Notes: generated by a model from the sequence alone, not told the origin. A stretch of DNA of 64,000 bases from a virus (IMGVR_UViG_3300049988_000286:128001-192000), one strand, 5' to 3'; counted from the stretch's first letter, positions 46,169 through 55,374 are shown. Numbers and translations are program-made.

Positions 46169-47503
46169 ATGCTCGACCGTAACGATCCTGCCCGCACCGT
46201 TTTCCTCATCCCGGAGGCTCACATGCCCCGCTTGGAGCGCGAGGTAGCCAAGCTTTCCAAGAAGGCGGAGAAGTGGCACGGCTGGGCATTCGACGTGCTC
46301 GTCTTCGGTTTTCAGTTTCGCGACGAGCGGGATGGCACCAAGACCAAGCTGATCGAAGTTTCGCTCGATGTCGAGACTATCAAGCTTGACGGCTGGGAGT
46401 TTCTCGCGCGCCTCGATCACGCGCAGGATACGGGCAACATCGTCCGGTCGGTCCCCAACGCCGTCGTGGATGTCGCGGAGCGTTTCCGCCACTCCGCTCC
46501 GGACTGCGAGCACTGCAATCATCGTCGGCTGCGTCGCGACACCTTCGTGCTCTATGATGCCGAAAGCGGTGAGTACAAGCAGGTGGGCTCGACCTGTCTG
46601 GCCGATTTCCTCGGGCACGAGGCCACCAAGCTGGGCCGCATCGCCGAACTCGCCGGTTACGCGACGGAACTCGCCCGCGCTCTCGAAAAGGAGCCGGTGA
46701 GCAATGACCCTCGTGTCTTGCAGGAGCGTCGCTACATCGATCTCGCCGACTATCTCGTCCATTGCGCGACGATGATCCGCGTTAACGGCTGGGTCTCGGG
46801 CAAGGCCGCATACGAGAACAAGTCCCTGACCGCAACGCGCTGGGTGGCGCTCGACAACATGCTCACCGCGAGCATGACCTTCGTTGTGGAGCCCACGGAC
46901 GAGGATCAGGCACTGGCCGAGAAGGCTCGCGCTTGGGTGCAGGGCTTCGCCGATCTGCCGAGCCTCGACGAGTATCAGCACAACGTCCTGACCCTCGCCA
47001 ACGCGGTCGTGATCGATACCCGCGCGTGCGGCCTCGCGGCGTCGATCGTCGGCGTCTATTGGCTGAAGCACACGCCGAAGCGCGGCAAGGCGCAACTCGG
47101 TGACCTGACCGAAGTCCTGACGCTGTTCGGCCGCGCGGCGCGCCTCCGCAATCCCAAGATCAACCTCGACTTCCCCGACACGGGCAAGATCGTGCTCTCG
47201 GTCGCGGGTCCGCGCTCCAAGGCTCCGGGGACGATCAACGTCGCCACGCCGGGCGGATACGAGGCCAACACATGGTATGGCCGGGTCAATCTCGATGGTA
47301 GCTTCACGCCCACTCGTCAGGCTCCGGCAGCGCTGGAGGCTAGGCTGGCTTTGTTCGCCGCCGATCCCGCCAAGGTGGCGGGCGAGCATGGTCACCGCAC
47401 CGGCCAGTGCTGTTTCTGTAACCGTCCCCTCACGGACGAGCGTTCGACGGAAGTCGGATATGGCCCGGTCTGCGCGGACACTTTCGCCCTACCGTGGGGT
47501 TGA
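46169..47503 (+). CDS. phage protein with internal Zn-binding motif and C-terminal DUF6011-like domain
   Basis: CEHCNHRRLRRDT, QVGSTCLADF; C-terminal CCFCNRPLTDERSTEVGYGPVC. Confidence 0.75.
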   Translation: MLDRNDPARTVFLIPEAHMPRLEREVAKLSKKAEKWHGWAFDVLVFGFQFRDERDGTKTKLIEVSLDVETIKLDGWEFLARLDHAQDTGNIVRSVPNAVVDVAERFRHSAPDCEHCNHRRLRRDTFVLYDAESGEYKQVGSTCLADFLGHEATKLGRIAELAGYATELARALEKEPVSNDPRVLQERRYIDLADYLVHCATMIRVNGWVSGKAAYENKSLTATRWVALDNMLTASMTFVVEPTDEDQALAEKARAWVQGFADLPSLDEYQHNVLTLANAVVIDTRACGLAASIVGVYWLKHTPKRGKAQLGDLTEVLTLFGRAARLRNPKINLDFPDTGKIVLSVAGPRSKAPGTINVATPGGYEANTWYGRVNLDGSFTPTRQAPAALEARLALFAADPAKVAGEHGHRTGQCCFCNRPLTDERSTEVGYGPVCADTFALPWG

Positions 47504-47603
47504 CAGTTCACCAAATGATCGGCTTGCGGAGAAGCCGCTGGACAAGCGCCCGCAAGTAGATCACGCCATCTGGAGCGGTCAGGGGATCGCCGGGGGTGCG
47601 ACA

Positions 47604-47819
47604 ATGGCTTGGATGATCCCAAAGGATGCGCTGCTGCTGATTATCAACCATCGCATCGACTGTCTGCGGCAAGACGCCCGTATGGGCCAAATCGCTGCTC
47701 GGCAGAAGATCGACGTGTTGGAAGATTTATTGGTGATGATCGACTTTATTCAGCCGATATCGATCGGATCAGTCGAGCCAGTAAATCTTGCGGAAACTAT
47801 CCGCATCACGCCCGCTTAA
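47604..47819 (+). CDS. hypothetical protein
   Basis: GGGGG RBS-like stretch; ATG 47604. Confidence 0.45.
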   Translation: MAWMIPKDALLLIINHRIDCLRQDARMGQIAARQKIDVLEDLLVMIDFIQPISIGSVEPVNLAETIRITPA

Positions 47820-48056
47820 CGCCAACACGGCGTCGCGCTCGTCGATGGTGATGTAACGATCATCGTTACCGAGATGCCAGTCATCCTTGGCGTTCATGAA
47901 GAGGAAATCCATCAGGGCACCACGGAAGACGATCGCCTCGAACGCGGAGTGCTCACTCAACGCGACGCGGAAGATGTGACGATCACCCATGACACCAATC
48001 GGCTTGATGGTGAAGGAGTCGAGGTCAACGGCCTCGTAGGGGTTAGTCGCCAGCAT
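47769..48056 (-). CDS. hypothetical protein
   Basis: ORF track; preceded by TTGACT-N17-TAGAGC. Confidence 0.55.
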   Translation of the reverse strand: MLATNPYEAVDLDSFTIKPIGVMGDRHIFRVALSEHSAFEAIVFRGALMDFLFMNAKDDWHLGNDDRYITIDERDAVLALSGRDADSFRKIYWLD

Positions 48057-48087
48057 AGATGCGCTCTACACCGGCTAATCAATTAAG

Positions 48088-48354
48088 TCAACTGATTGCG
48101 GCTGACTTGTAGCCCGAGAACGCATGGTCGAGAAATGATTCGCTGCACAGCATGTGGAGTAGTTCCATAAAGGAGTAGTCGGAACTGTCCCGGATCAGGC
48201 AGGTGAACATATCATGACAATAGCAATCCACTGCTACTACGGAAACGCCCTGATTGAAGCACTGATTGTAGATGTAACGACGAACCTCGTCCACAAATGC
48301 ACGAAGCCGATCAGCGCGTCGATTAAACAGGTCGTCCCTTGAAACGATATTCAT
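48088..48354 (-). CDS. hypothetical late protein
   Basis: TAAATA then GGAGG RBS. Confidence 0.6.
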   Translation of the reverse strand: MNIVSRDDLFNRRADRLRAFVDEVRRYIYNQCFNQGVSVVAVDCYCHDMFTCLIRDSSDYSFMELLHMLCSESFLDHAFSGYKSAAIS

Positions 48355-48396
48355 GTTGTTGAACCTCCACGAGTATTTATCGATAGAGGGGCGATT

Positions 48397-49083
48397 TTAC
48401 ACGCGAGGGAAGGCCTCTCCACTGCGATAATGTGGGTCGCCTTTGAGGTGATCGTTTATCAGCATAACGACGACGCGGCAGTTGGCTTTGCTCAACAACA
48501 GGGCCTGACAGGGCTCGTTGGGATGAATGACTGCGTTGCCGCGATCAACGAAACCCGCGTAACCGAGGCGACGCAGCATGGAGTTCCAGATGATGTGCTC
48601 CTCCCGACCGAGCAGCCTTTCCGCCCGCTTGGCGATGCGGTGAGTGAGGTTCCAGAATACCTCACCGGTAGTGTTGTAGTTGTGGTAGAGATCACCGGTC
48701 CAACCCTCGATCATCGATAGGGCGAATTGTTCGTTGTTGGCATCAACGAGCCGCCACAACTGGGTGCAGATACCGTCGTAGTCGTGCTCGAACTGGCTAT
48801 CGTCATACTCGCCGATATCGCAAATTTCTCCCCGTCCCTCGAACAAGCAGACGTATTTTCGATCGGAGGCGAATGGGATCGTGGATTCGCGCATCATCTC
48901 ATAGGCTTCCCGCAAGGGGTAGGCGTAGATACCGATCGGCGTTGAGGTATGCTGCGTCGATGGATTGATCCCCAGCTTCTCAATATCGACGAAGGATACG
49001 AACATGTTGGGTCGATTGAGGTATTGGGCGAGCACCGACATCGCGGTTTCGGAGCGACGCTCCATGAGGTCAAGGAGGATCAT
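48397..49083 (-). CDS. late protein, paralog of 49080-50297, possible ART-like fold
   Basis: FVSF..KLGINP..TPIGIYAYP..LRRLGYAG..IHPNEPCQA. Confidence 0.7.
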   Translation of the reverse strand: MILLDLMERRSETAMSVLAQYLNRPNMFVSFVDIEKLGINPSTQHTSTPIGIYAYPLREAYEMMRESTIPFASDRKYVCLFEGRGEICDIGEYDDSQFEHDYDGICTQLWRLVDANNEQFALSMIEGWTGDLYHNYNTTGEVFWNLTHRIAKRAERLLGREEHIIWNSMLRRLGYAGFVDRGNAVIHPNEPCQALLLSKANCRVVVMLINDHLKGDPHYRSGEAFPRV

Positions 49084-50297
49084 CCCTCCACCCCGTGCGC
49101 GATCACGTCGGCGACTTGAGGGATTTTGGTGAATGCCTCGAAATTGTCGATGCGGGACGGGTTATGGAGCAAACCTTGTATATTTCCACGATCAAGGCCG
49201 CTCGCCAACAGTTCTCGCAATACATCGGAGTCGATCTTGCCTTTGGCGAAGGCGATGAGGTGTTCCTTCATCGAACGAAATTTCATCAATCGTCGGATAT
49301 GGTTCATCCTGTCGGGGAAGTCAGAATGACCAAGGATATAATCGATGATGTCAAATTCATGATTGCTGATGCAGAAGAAAACAACTTGGCTCTTTTGCTC
49401 ATCCGTGCATTTATCGAGGAAGCGGTACTTCATTGCTTGCTTCAAATTCGAATCGGCGTAGGAGTCGATGAAGCGGATCGTGTCATCGACGTTCGCAACA
49501 GTGAGGCGCTGGACGCGCGCCGCAGGGATGTTGTTGATCTCGCCGGTGGTGATCATCTTGACCATCGATGACTTCCACGTGTTCTGGACACGCTCGTGGC
49601 CGATCGATCGGTTGATGATCGTGATGGGCTTGATCACGCCGGGGTTGAAGATCACCGCCTGTGTGGGCTCATTCTCGTGGATGAAGCCATCGCCGCGGGC
49701 ATCGAAGGCGAGGTCGAAACCGATTTTGCGCAGGAGGGATGTCCACATACCGATCGAGGCCTTGCCCGGCTTGAGAGCGATCGAGAGAAGCCGGGTGGTA
49801 TTCCACAGCCATGCGACGGGCATCATCGCGTAAGCGGTGCGCCGTCCCTCTTCAGAAATCGTGTCGAGAGTCTCCACATCGATCAGGCGCAACTCCTCCA
49901 AGATGCGCATCTTCTCGCGCCACTCCGCCATGGTGAGGTCGCCGGTAAGTTCGCGCTTCAGCGGCGCAGTGACGCGGAAAACCCACGCATGGTCCCAAGG
50001 CGATTCGCCACTAAAGGGCACTTCGAGACCACCATTATAGTCACGCCCGTCGTCACCGAACTGCTCGGTATATTCGATGACATAATCAACCGGGTAGCAG
50101 TAAACACCTAGAGGTGTCTCGAAACCAGAGCGAGGATTGATACCAAGCTTGGCGGCTTTGTTCTTGCCAAACCCTTGTGTAAAACTGACGAAAACATCGT
50201 CCTCTCCGCGAAACTTTTCTAGCTGCTCAAGCGGAGTACCGGCGCGAGGATTACGCGCTGGATTAGACCGACGTTCAAAAAGGTCTTGGAGGAACAT
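49080..50297 (-). CDS. late protein, possible ART-like fold plus C-terminal helical region
   Basis: TATAAATA-cccgc-ATG; FVSF..KLGINP..TPLGVYCYP..IHENEPTQAVIFNP. Confidence 0.72.
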   Translation of the reverse strand: MFLQDLFERRSNPARNPRAGTPLEQLEKFRGEDDVFVSFTQGFGKNKAAKLGINPRSGFETPLGVYCYPVDYVIEYTEQFGDDGRDYNGGLEVPFSGESPWDHAWVFRVTAPLKRELTGDLTMAEWREKMRILEELRLIDVETLDTISEEGRRTAYAMMPVAWLWNTTRLLSIALKPGKASIGMWTSLLRKIGFDLAFDARGDGFIHENEPTQAVIFNPGVIKPITIINRSIGHERVQNTWKSSMVKMITTGEINNIPAARVQRLTVANVDDTIRFIDSYADSNLKQAMKYRFLDKCTDEQKSQVVFFCISNHEFDIIDYILGHSDFPDRMNHIRRLMKFRSMKEHLIAFAKGKIDSDVLRELLASGLDRGNIQGLLHNPSRIDNFEAFTKIPQVADVIAHGVEG

Positions 50298-50319
50298 GCG
50301 GGTATTTATACCCACAAGG

Positions 50320-50712
50320 TCAGACGCTTGGGCGCATCCGCATCGAGGGGACGGCGCACACCTTCTTCGCATCGAGGAGCGCCACCAATGCGTGATCACG
50401 GCTCGGCTGGGTCGCCACTGCGGCATCAAAGTCGTCGCGGCGAACGATAAAGGCCCCGGCGTCCTTCATACCAATGAGGTAGAAGGCATCACCGTAGTGC
50501 CATGACACCGAGCACGCACCAACAAGGAGATCAGCGGCAGCGGCAGGGAGGGACGCGGTAACAATGCGGAGTTCGGGCTCGCCTCGCGGTAGCGACACCG
50601 TGATGGGGATGATCTGGAGCGGAATGTCGGTCGGCGAGGGCTTGGGCGGCAACGGAGCCGCCGTGGTGAGAAGGCTGCTGATTAGACCAATGAGAACCGA
50701 CGTTTTGAACAC
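50320..50712 (-). CDS. putative exported protein
   Basis: Signal-like N-terminus, Pro-rich linker; GGGAG RBS. Confidence 0.55.
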   Translation of the reverse strand: MFKTSVLIGLISSLLTTAAPLPPKPSPTDIPLQIIPITVSLPRGEPELRIVTASLPAAAADLLVGACSVSWHYGDAFYLIGMKDAGAFIVRRDDFDAAVATQPSRDHALVALLDAKKVCAVPSMRMRPSV

Positions 50713-50772
50713 TCCCTAGACTCCTCGATACATTTTACTAATCATGCATCAAGGAGCCCCGTGGAGCAATAA

Positions 50773-51243
50773 TCAATTTGTCGGCACGAAACCATCGAAT
50801 AGATATACCACCGGTTGGTAGTTGGTCGAATACCGCTCGACGATCGATGAGAGGACCGCCCACGATCCTCCGGCGAGCGCGGAGCCCATAGTGGGCATGA
50901 AGAGTTTGTCGATGCCCAAATCTCGCGCTAGCACATCGATGGCTTCCAGCCCTTCAGCGATGGCATCGTAGGAGACATAGCGTCTGCCATCGTAGCCGTA
51001 GAAGCGCTGGCCGATCAGGTTGAAGATGGTGCGGCCATCATCGGCCCGGTAGGGGATGATCTGGCCGGGCTTGAGACCCTCTAGGTGATGCACCTCTGTA
51101 TAGACCTCGTAGGCACCGGGGTAACGCTCTCGTAGTTCTTTGGCGAAACCGCTCCCCATGCGACCCTGTGCATTGCAGCAATGGACGAGAAAACGCACAT
51201 CTTCGCCTTCGAACAGATTGCCGGTTCGATACTCGATTTTCAA
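50773..51243 (-). CDS. macrodomain protein (T4 Tk.4/Poa1p/DarG-like ADP-ribose-processing)
   Basis: GNLF, LVHCCNAQGRMGSGFAK, MPTMGSALAGGSW. Confidence 0.88.
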   Translation of the reverse strand: MKIEYRTGNLFEGEDVRFLVHCCNAQGRMGSGFAKELRERYPGAYEVYTEVHHLEGLKPGQIIPYRADDGRTIFNLIGQRFYGYDGRRYVSYDAIAEGLEAIDVLARDLGIDKLFMPTMGSALAGGSWAVLSSIVERYSTNYQPVVYLFDGFVPTN

Positions 51244-51725
51244 AACAAATCCTCCGGTTGATGATCAGATGCTTCCGCGTCCCAATCGACGTAGCTGGTC
51301 ACTACCGGAGCATCGAGAGCCTCAATCGCAAAGTGGTAGAAATCCCCGCCCGTCCAAAGCTGCACAATGGTGAAGCCTCGTTCGCGCAAGGCTTCGTCCG
51401 CGCCTTGGAACACCGCCAGCGTGCCATAGTCGCTACCATGCGCTAGCTTAAGCCGGGACACAAGACCGTTGATACGAAGATCGATGCCCCGAGCATCAAC
51501 CAGTTGCTGCAAACCCTCGATGGCTTCACAAACTCCCTTCCAGTCACAGCCAGCGGAGGCTTCTGGAACATGGGCATCCCTTTCGATGAAGATCATCGCA
51601 TCAACAGCAGCACGGTTGGTAAGAACCCAACCATGAACAGGAACAGGCTCGCGCGCATCAGATATCCGCCCCCTGTGCATCACTGACGAGATGACCGGCG
51701 CGCAGCCGAAACGAGAAAGCATCAC
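51240..51725 (-). CDS. hypothetical protein (start uncertain)
   Basis: ORF track. Confidence 0.55.
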   Translation of the reverse strand: MMLSRFGCAPVISSVMHRGRISDAREPVPVHGWVLTNRAAVDAMIFIERDAHVPEASAGCDWKGVCEAIEGLQQLVDARGIDLRINGLVSRLKLAHGSDYGTLAVFQGADEALRERGFTIVQLWTGGDFYHFAIEALDAPVVTSYVDWDAEASDHQPEDLF

Positions 51726-51873
51726 TGAACTTCGTCATGTAGATGGCATCACGGCGCAGCACGACCCTTCCGTCAGCCTCGCCCGCCGTTTCGGCCACCA
51801 TTGAACGGACCTCCTCTGGGGAAAACTCGTCCATGTTGTTCAGATAATCGATAGCAAATTTCCAAGCCTTCAC
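51658..51873 (-). CDS. hypothetical protein
   Basis: GAGGA RBS before GTG 51873. Confidence 0.5.
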   Translation of the reverse strand: MKAWKFAIDYLNNMDEFSPEEVRSMVAETAGEADGRVVLRRDAIYMTKFSDAFSFRLRAGHLVSDAQGADI

Positions 51874-51886
51874 GTCTCGTTCCTCT

Positions 51887-53944
51887 TTATACTTCTTCGC
51901 TGATACTCGTAAAACCGTTCTCTTTCGAGACCCGAAGAATTCGATCAATGCGACCGACCAATTCATCTCGGTGGCTAACGAGAAACACGTTCCTACCAGC
52001 CCGGCCCATCGCCTTCAATATTTGCAGACCCGATTCCGCACCAGCACCATCAAGGCCAGAATCGAGAAGTTCGTCGATCCAGATCAGGTTGACACTGTGG
52101 TTCAACGACTCCCAGACATCACGGAACGCCCACGACGTGGCCATGATAAGCCGATTGCCCTCGCCACGAGAAAGCTGTGCGAAGTCCATGCTACGACCGA
52201 GAAGCACAATATCGACATCGAGGTCCGACTTGAACCGAATCTCGTGCGGGAGACCCAGTTTATTCAGATAGCCGTTGAGGCGCTGATTGAGATGAACGAG
52301 GTTCTGCTCGACGATCTTGCGGCGGATGAAGCTGTCTTTATTCGTGAGCATCTTGAGCACATACTCCTGATGGAGCAATGTATCGGTGAGTTCATTCATC
52401 GCAGTGAGATCAATCTCCTGCAAGGTCTGCTGCAATCCCGCGATTTGTCCCTCGAACGGATTCTCGGCAGCGGCCTCTCGTGCCAGATCGGTAGCGAGGA
52501 TGTCACGGGCGTGCTTCACCGTGTAGATTTCATCGCGAGACTCGAACAAGGGCTGGGGCTGCTCGCCCAATGTGTTCAACTCGTCAGCGAGAGCGGTGAG
52601 ATGCCCAGCCTTCTCTACCAAAGCTGTATCGAGCGCCGTCAACGATTGTGTGATCTCCTCTACCACCACGGCGGCATCAAGAGCAGCCTGTTCGCTCTCT
52701 TCGATCCGAACGGCAATCTCCGAGCGCGCTTCCTCGATCTCTTCCATCATGCGGGCATGATCGGCCTCCTTGCTGACCACGGCCTTGTCGCGGGCCGCGA
52801 GGTCACGCTCCAACCGTGCAATCACGGCGGCGAGGTGATCAGTGCCCGCAAGGGCTTGGCCGCATGTCGCGCATTCTTGCTCGCCGGGATTGGCGAGAAG
52901 ACCCATGACACGATCGCGCTCCGCCGTGGCGGTAACGATATCGGCCTGTAGCGCATCACTGTTCGCCAAGGCGCGCACGAGGTCACGCTCCAGCCGATCA
53001 ACGGCTGCCCTACCGGCCGTTCCTTGGATGATGGTTTGAGCAGCGGCGAGGCGACCGTTGAGCGATGTCCGGTCTCGTTGTAGCTGGGTGACATCGCGCT
53101 CGACGAACTGCTTGTCGCTGACGAGGACGCGGTGTCGCTTTCGCCAAGCATCGAGGGCATCGAACGCCGCAATCTCCGCGTCGAAGTCGATCGCCTCTGT
53201 GGCGGCAATCTGTTCCGCGAGGTCGATCATGGTGGCGTCATGGGTGTTCTGCCAACGATCGCGCTCCATCTCGGCGCTCTTCACCGCGAGGTTGATACGC
53301 CGGTTAGCCGCTTCGGTGGCTTTGTTCGAGGCGTCCTCGATCTTGATGCTGTCCTTGGTGAAGCCGATCATGCCCTTCAGCGTTTCCGCCCGCGCGCTGA
53401 TCTGGGTGACGCCAAGTAGCTCCTCGATGATCTCGCGCTGCTTCGCCGCCCCCTCTTTGAGGAAGGGCTCCGTATAGGTATTGAGGGCACAGATGTGCTT
53501 GAACATCGTGTGCGACATTCCAATCAATTCGGAGATGTCGATCTGCGTCTGGGCGTTCTCACCCTTCGCGTTGTTGTCGTCCTGCTCCTCTGGGAGCAAC
53601 TCCTGACCATTCTTGTAGAACTTGAGGACGTTGGGGCGACGACCACGCTCGACCCGGTAAGCCACCCCATCCTTCTCGAAGTCAACGACGACAAACATGC
53701 CCTTGCCATTGATGTTGTTGATCAGATTGTCGATCTTGATCTTGGTCAGCGGCTGTCCGTATAAACCAAAGGAGAGGGCTTGGAGGAGGGCTGTCTTTCC
53801 CGCGCCATTGCGGGTCACGCCGCCATTGGCGTCGTTGTTGCTACCAAGGATCAAGGATAGGCCATGATCGGAAAGTCTTACCGCCTGTGTAGCGTTACCG
53901 ATCGAGAGGAAGTTCTTCAATGATACTGAATTGATTTTGAACAT
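51887..53944 (-). CDS. recombination endonuclease ATPase subunit (T4 gp46/Rad50/SbcC)
   Basis: NGAGKT Walker A, CATC zinc hook, LSRGE signature, IWIDELLDSGLD. Confidence 0.95.
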   Translation of the reverse strand: MFKINSVSLKNFLSIGNATQAVRLSDHGLSLILGSNNDANGGVTRNGAGKTALLQALSFGLYGQPLTKIKIDNLINNINGKGMFVVVDFEKDGVAYRVERGRRPNVLKFYKNGQELLPEEQDDNNAKGENAQTQIDISELIGMSHTMFKHICALNTYTEPFLKEGAAKQREIIEELLGVTQISARAETLKGMIGFTKDSIKIEDASNKATEAANRRINLAVKSAEMERDRWQNTHDATMIDLAEQIAATEAIDFDAEIAAFDALDAWRKRHRVLVSDKQFVERDVTQLQRDRTSLNGRLAAAQTIIQGTAGRAAVDRLERDLVRALANSDALQADIVTATAERDRVMGLLANPGEQECATCGQALAGTDHLAAVIARLERDLAARDKAVVSKEADHARMMEEIEEARSEIAVRIEESEQAALDAAVVVEEITQSLTALDTALVEKAGHLTALADELNTLGEQPQPLFESRDEIYTVKHARDILATDLAREAAAENPFEGQIAGLQQTLQEIDLTAMNELTDTLLHQEYVLKMLTNKDSFIRRKIVEQNLVHLNQRLNGYLNKLGLPHEIRFKSDLDVDIVLLGRSMDFAQLSRGEGNRLIMATSWAFRDVWESLNHSVNLIWIDELLDSGLDGAGAESGLQILKAMGRAGRNVFLVSHRDELVGRIDRILRVSKENGFTSISEEV

Positions 53945-53956
53945 ATGGGATTTTAC

Positions 53957-54340
53957 TCAATTGATCACTGGGTTGCAATTTGCAAACCAAGGGAAACGAT
54001 CTTGCGATGATAGGGTGAGGAGCGTTAGATCGTGATCGATCAACTCCTCTGTGTTGATCCACTGCGACAGCGAGCCACCGTTTGTCTCCGCACGGACGAC
54101 TACCGCCTCATAGGCGATGTCACCCATTGGTTCGAGCATCGTGGCATGAAAGTGAATCATCTGGTTGAGACGCTTGGTCTCAAACCAGAAAATGAACGTT
54201 CCATTGTCGCAAGATATGCTGGCACAATTAGCCATCCGGAGTTGGTATTCGGCAACGAGGAAACTGTCCTCCGAGACCGTGAGCGCATGATGCCTCGCGA
54301 TCACATCAAGGCATCGTGAACAGAACTCCTCTGCGGTCAT
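53957..54340 (-). CDS. hypothetical protein between gp47 and gp46
   Basis: ATGA coupling to gp47. Confidence 0.6.
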   Translation of the reverse strand: MTAEEFCSRCLDVIARHHALTVSEDSFLVAEYQLRMANCASISCDNGTFIFWFETKRLNQMIHFHATMLEPMGDIAYEAVVVRAETNGGSLSQWINTEELIDHDLTLLTLSSQDRFPWFANCNPVIN

Positions 54341-55374
54341 GATCCGAGACTGTTGTAGATTTCCACCAATTTGGCGGGTCGATAGGTTGAACCAAGCACC
54401 GACTGAAGACCCTCGACGACAATCTGGTCCACTGATTGGAAGGTTACCTCGCCATCGAACTCCTGATCCATCGACCCCTTATTGGGGTGGACGAGTTCGA
54501 TCTTCCGCATCCCGTAGCGGTTGATGTATTCCTCGCGGACAACCTGTGCCTCCTCAAAGGTGACCTCAATGTCGAGCGTCACCCTTGCGGTCAGCTTGGG
54601 GCAGAGCATTCGATCCGGCTCTTGCAGAAGCTGGGAGAGGGTCATCGTGCGGAATTGCGGCGCATCCGGCCATGCCTCGAATACAGGCTCGCCGCCCCAT
54701 TCAAGGAACATCATGCCGCGATCGGAGTCCCACGCGTCGGCGAAATCGAAGGGGAAGGGATTACCGATGTAGATGACGTTCTGCTTGGCCTGACGAAAAT
54801 GGAAGTGGCCCGAGAACGCGTATTCGCAGTTGGCGAAATCATCCACCGTGACACCACCCTCGTGATCCGGCATCGGCACCTTGGCGTTCATCAGGAAGCC
54901 ACCGTTGAGTTCACCGTGCATGAAGACATAGCGGGACTTGATACTCTTGAGCGTCTTCTTCTCATCTTTGACCAGCCATGGCAGGAAGGTCATCGACTCG
55001 CGACCGGTGCCGAAGGTGGTGGGTTCGGAGATCAGCGTCAGGTTGGTGAGGTGCTTCGAGAAAGCCATCGACGACATGTCGCGTTTGTCCCGATACAGGA
55101 GGTCGTGGTTGCCGACGATGAAGTAGATGTCCGTGAAGGCATCGTTGAGCATCTCCAAACCCTGCAAACCATAGTTGAGGGTTGAGACGGCAACCTGATG
55201 GCGATTGTCAAAATAATCACCGAGGAAGGCGATGGCGTCACAATTCTCGGCCTTGGCGCGTTCGATGAACCACGCGATGAACTCAAGGTTGTCGAGATTT
55301 GCTTGCTCGTTGTTGGATCGCCTACCGAAATGGATATCTGTGAAACAGGCTAGTTTCTTGAATGGAGTGGTCAT
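54337..55374 (-). CDS. recombination endonuclease nuclease subunit (T4 gp47/Mre11/SbcD)
   Basis: TDIHFG, LGDYFD, VGNHD, MHGE, SGHFH. Confidence 0.95.
   Translation of the reverse strand: MTTPFKKLACFTDIHFGRRSNNEQANLDNLEFIAWFIERAKAENCDAIAFLGDYFDNRHQVAVSTLNYGLQGLEMLNDAFTDIYFIVGNHDLLYRDKRDMSSMAFSKHLTNLTLISEPTTFGTGRESMTFLPWLVKDEKKTLKSIKSRYVFMHGELNGGFLMNAKVPMPDHEGGVTVDDFANCEYAFSGHFHFRQAKQNVIYIGNPFPFDFADAWDSDRGMMFLEWGGEPVFEAWPDAPQFRTMTLSQLLQEPDRMLCPKLTARVTLDIEVTFEEAQVVREEYINRYGMRKIELVHPNKGSMDQEFDGEVTFQSVDQIVVEGLQSVLGSTYRPAKLVEIYNSLGS

Noticed and set aside
46058-47395. 445-aa minus-strand ORF (likewise 43055-44143 minus, 51971-52951 plus, 5894-6715 minus)
   Set aside because: Each lies fully opposite genes with RBS, promoters or recognisable motifs; treated as shadows.
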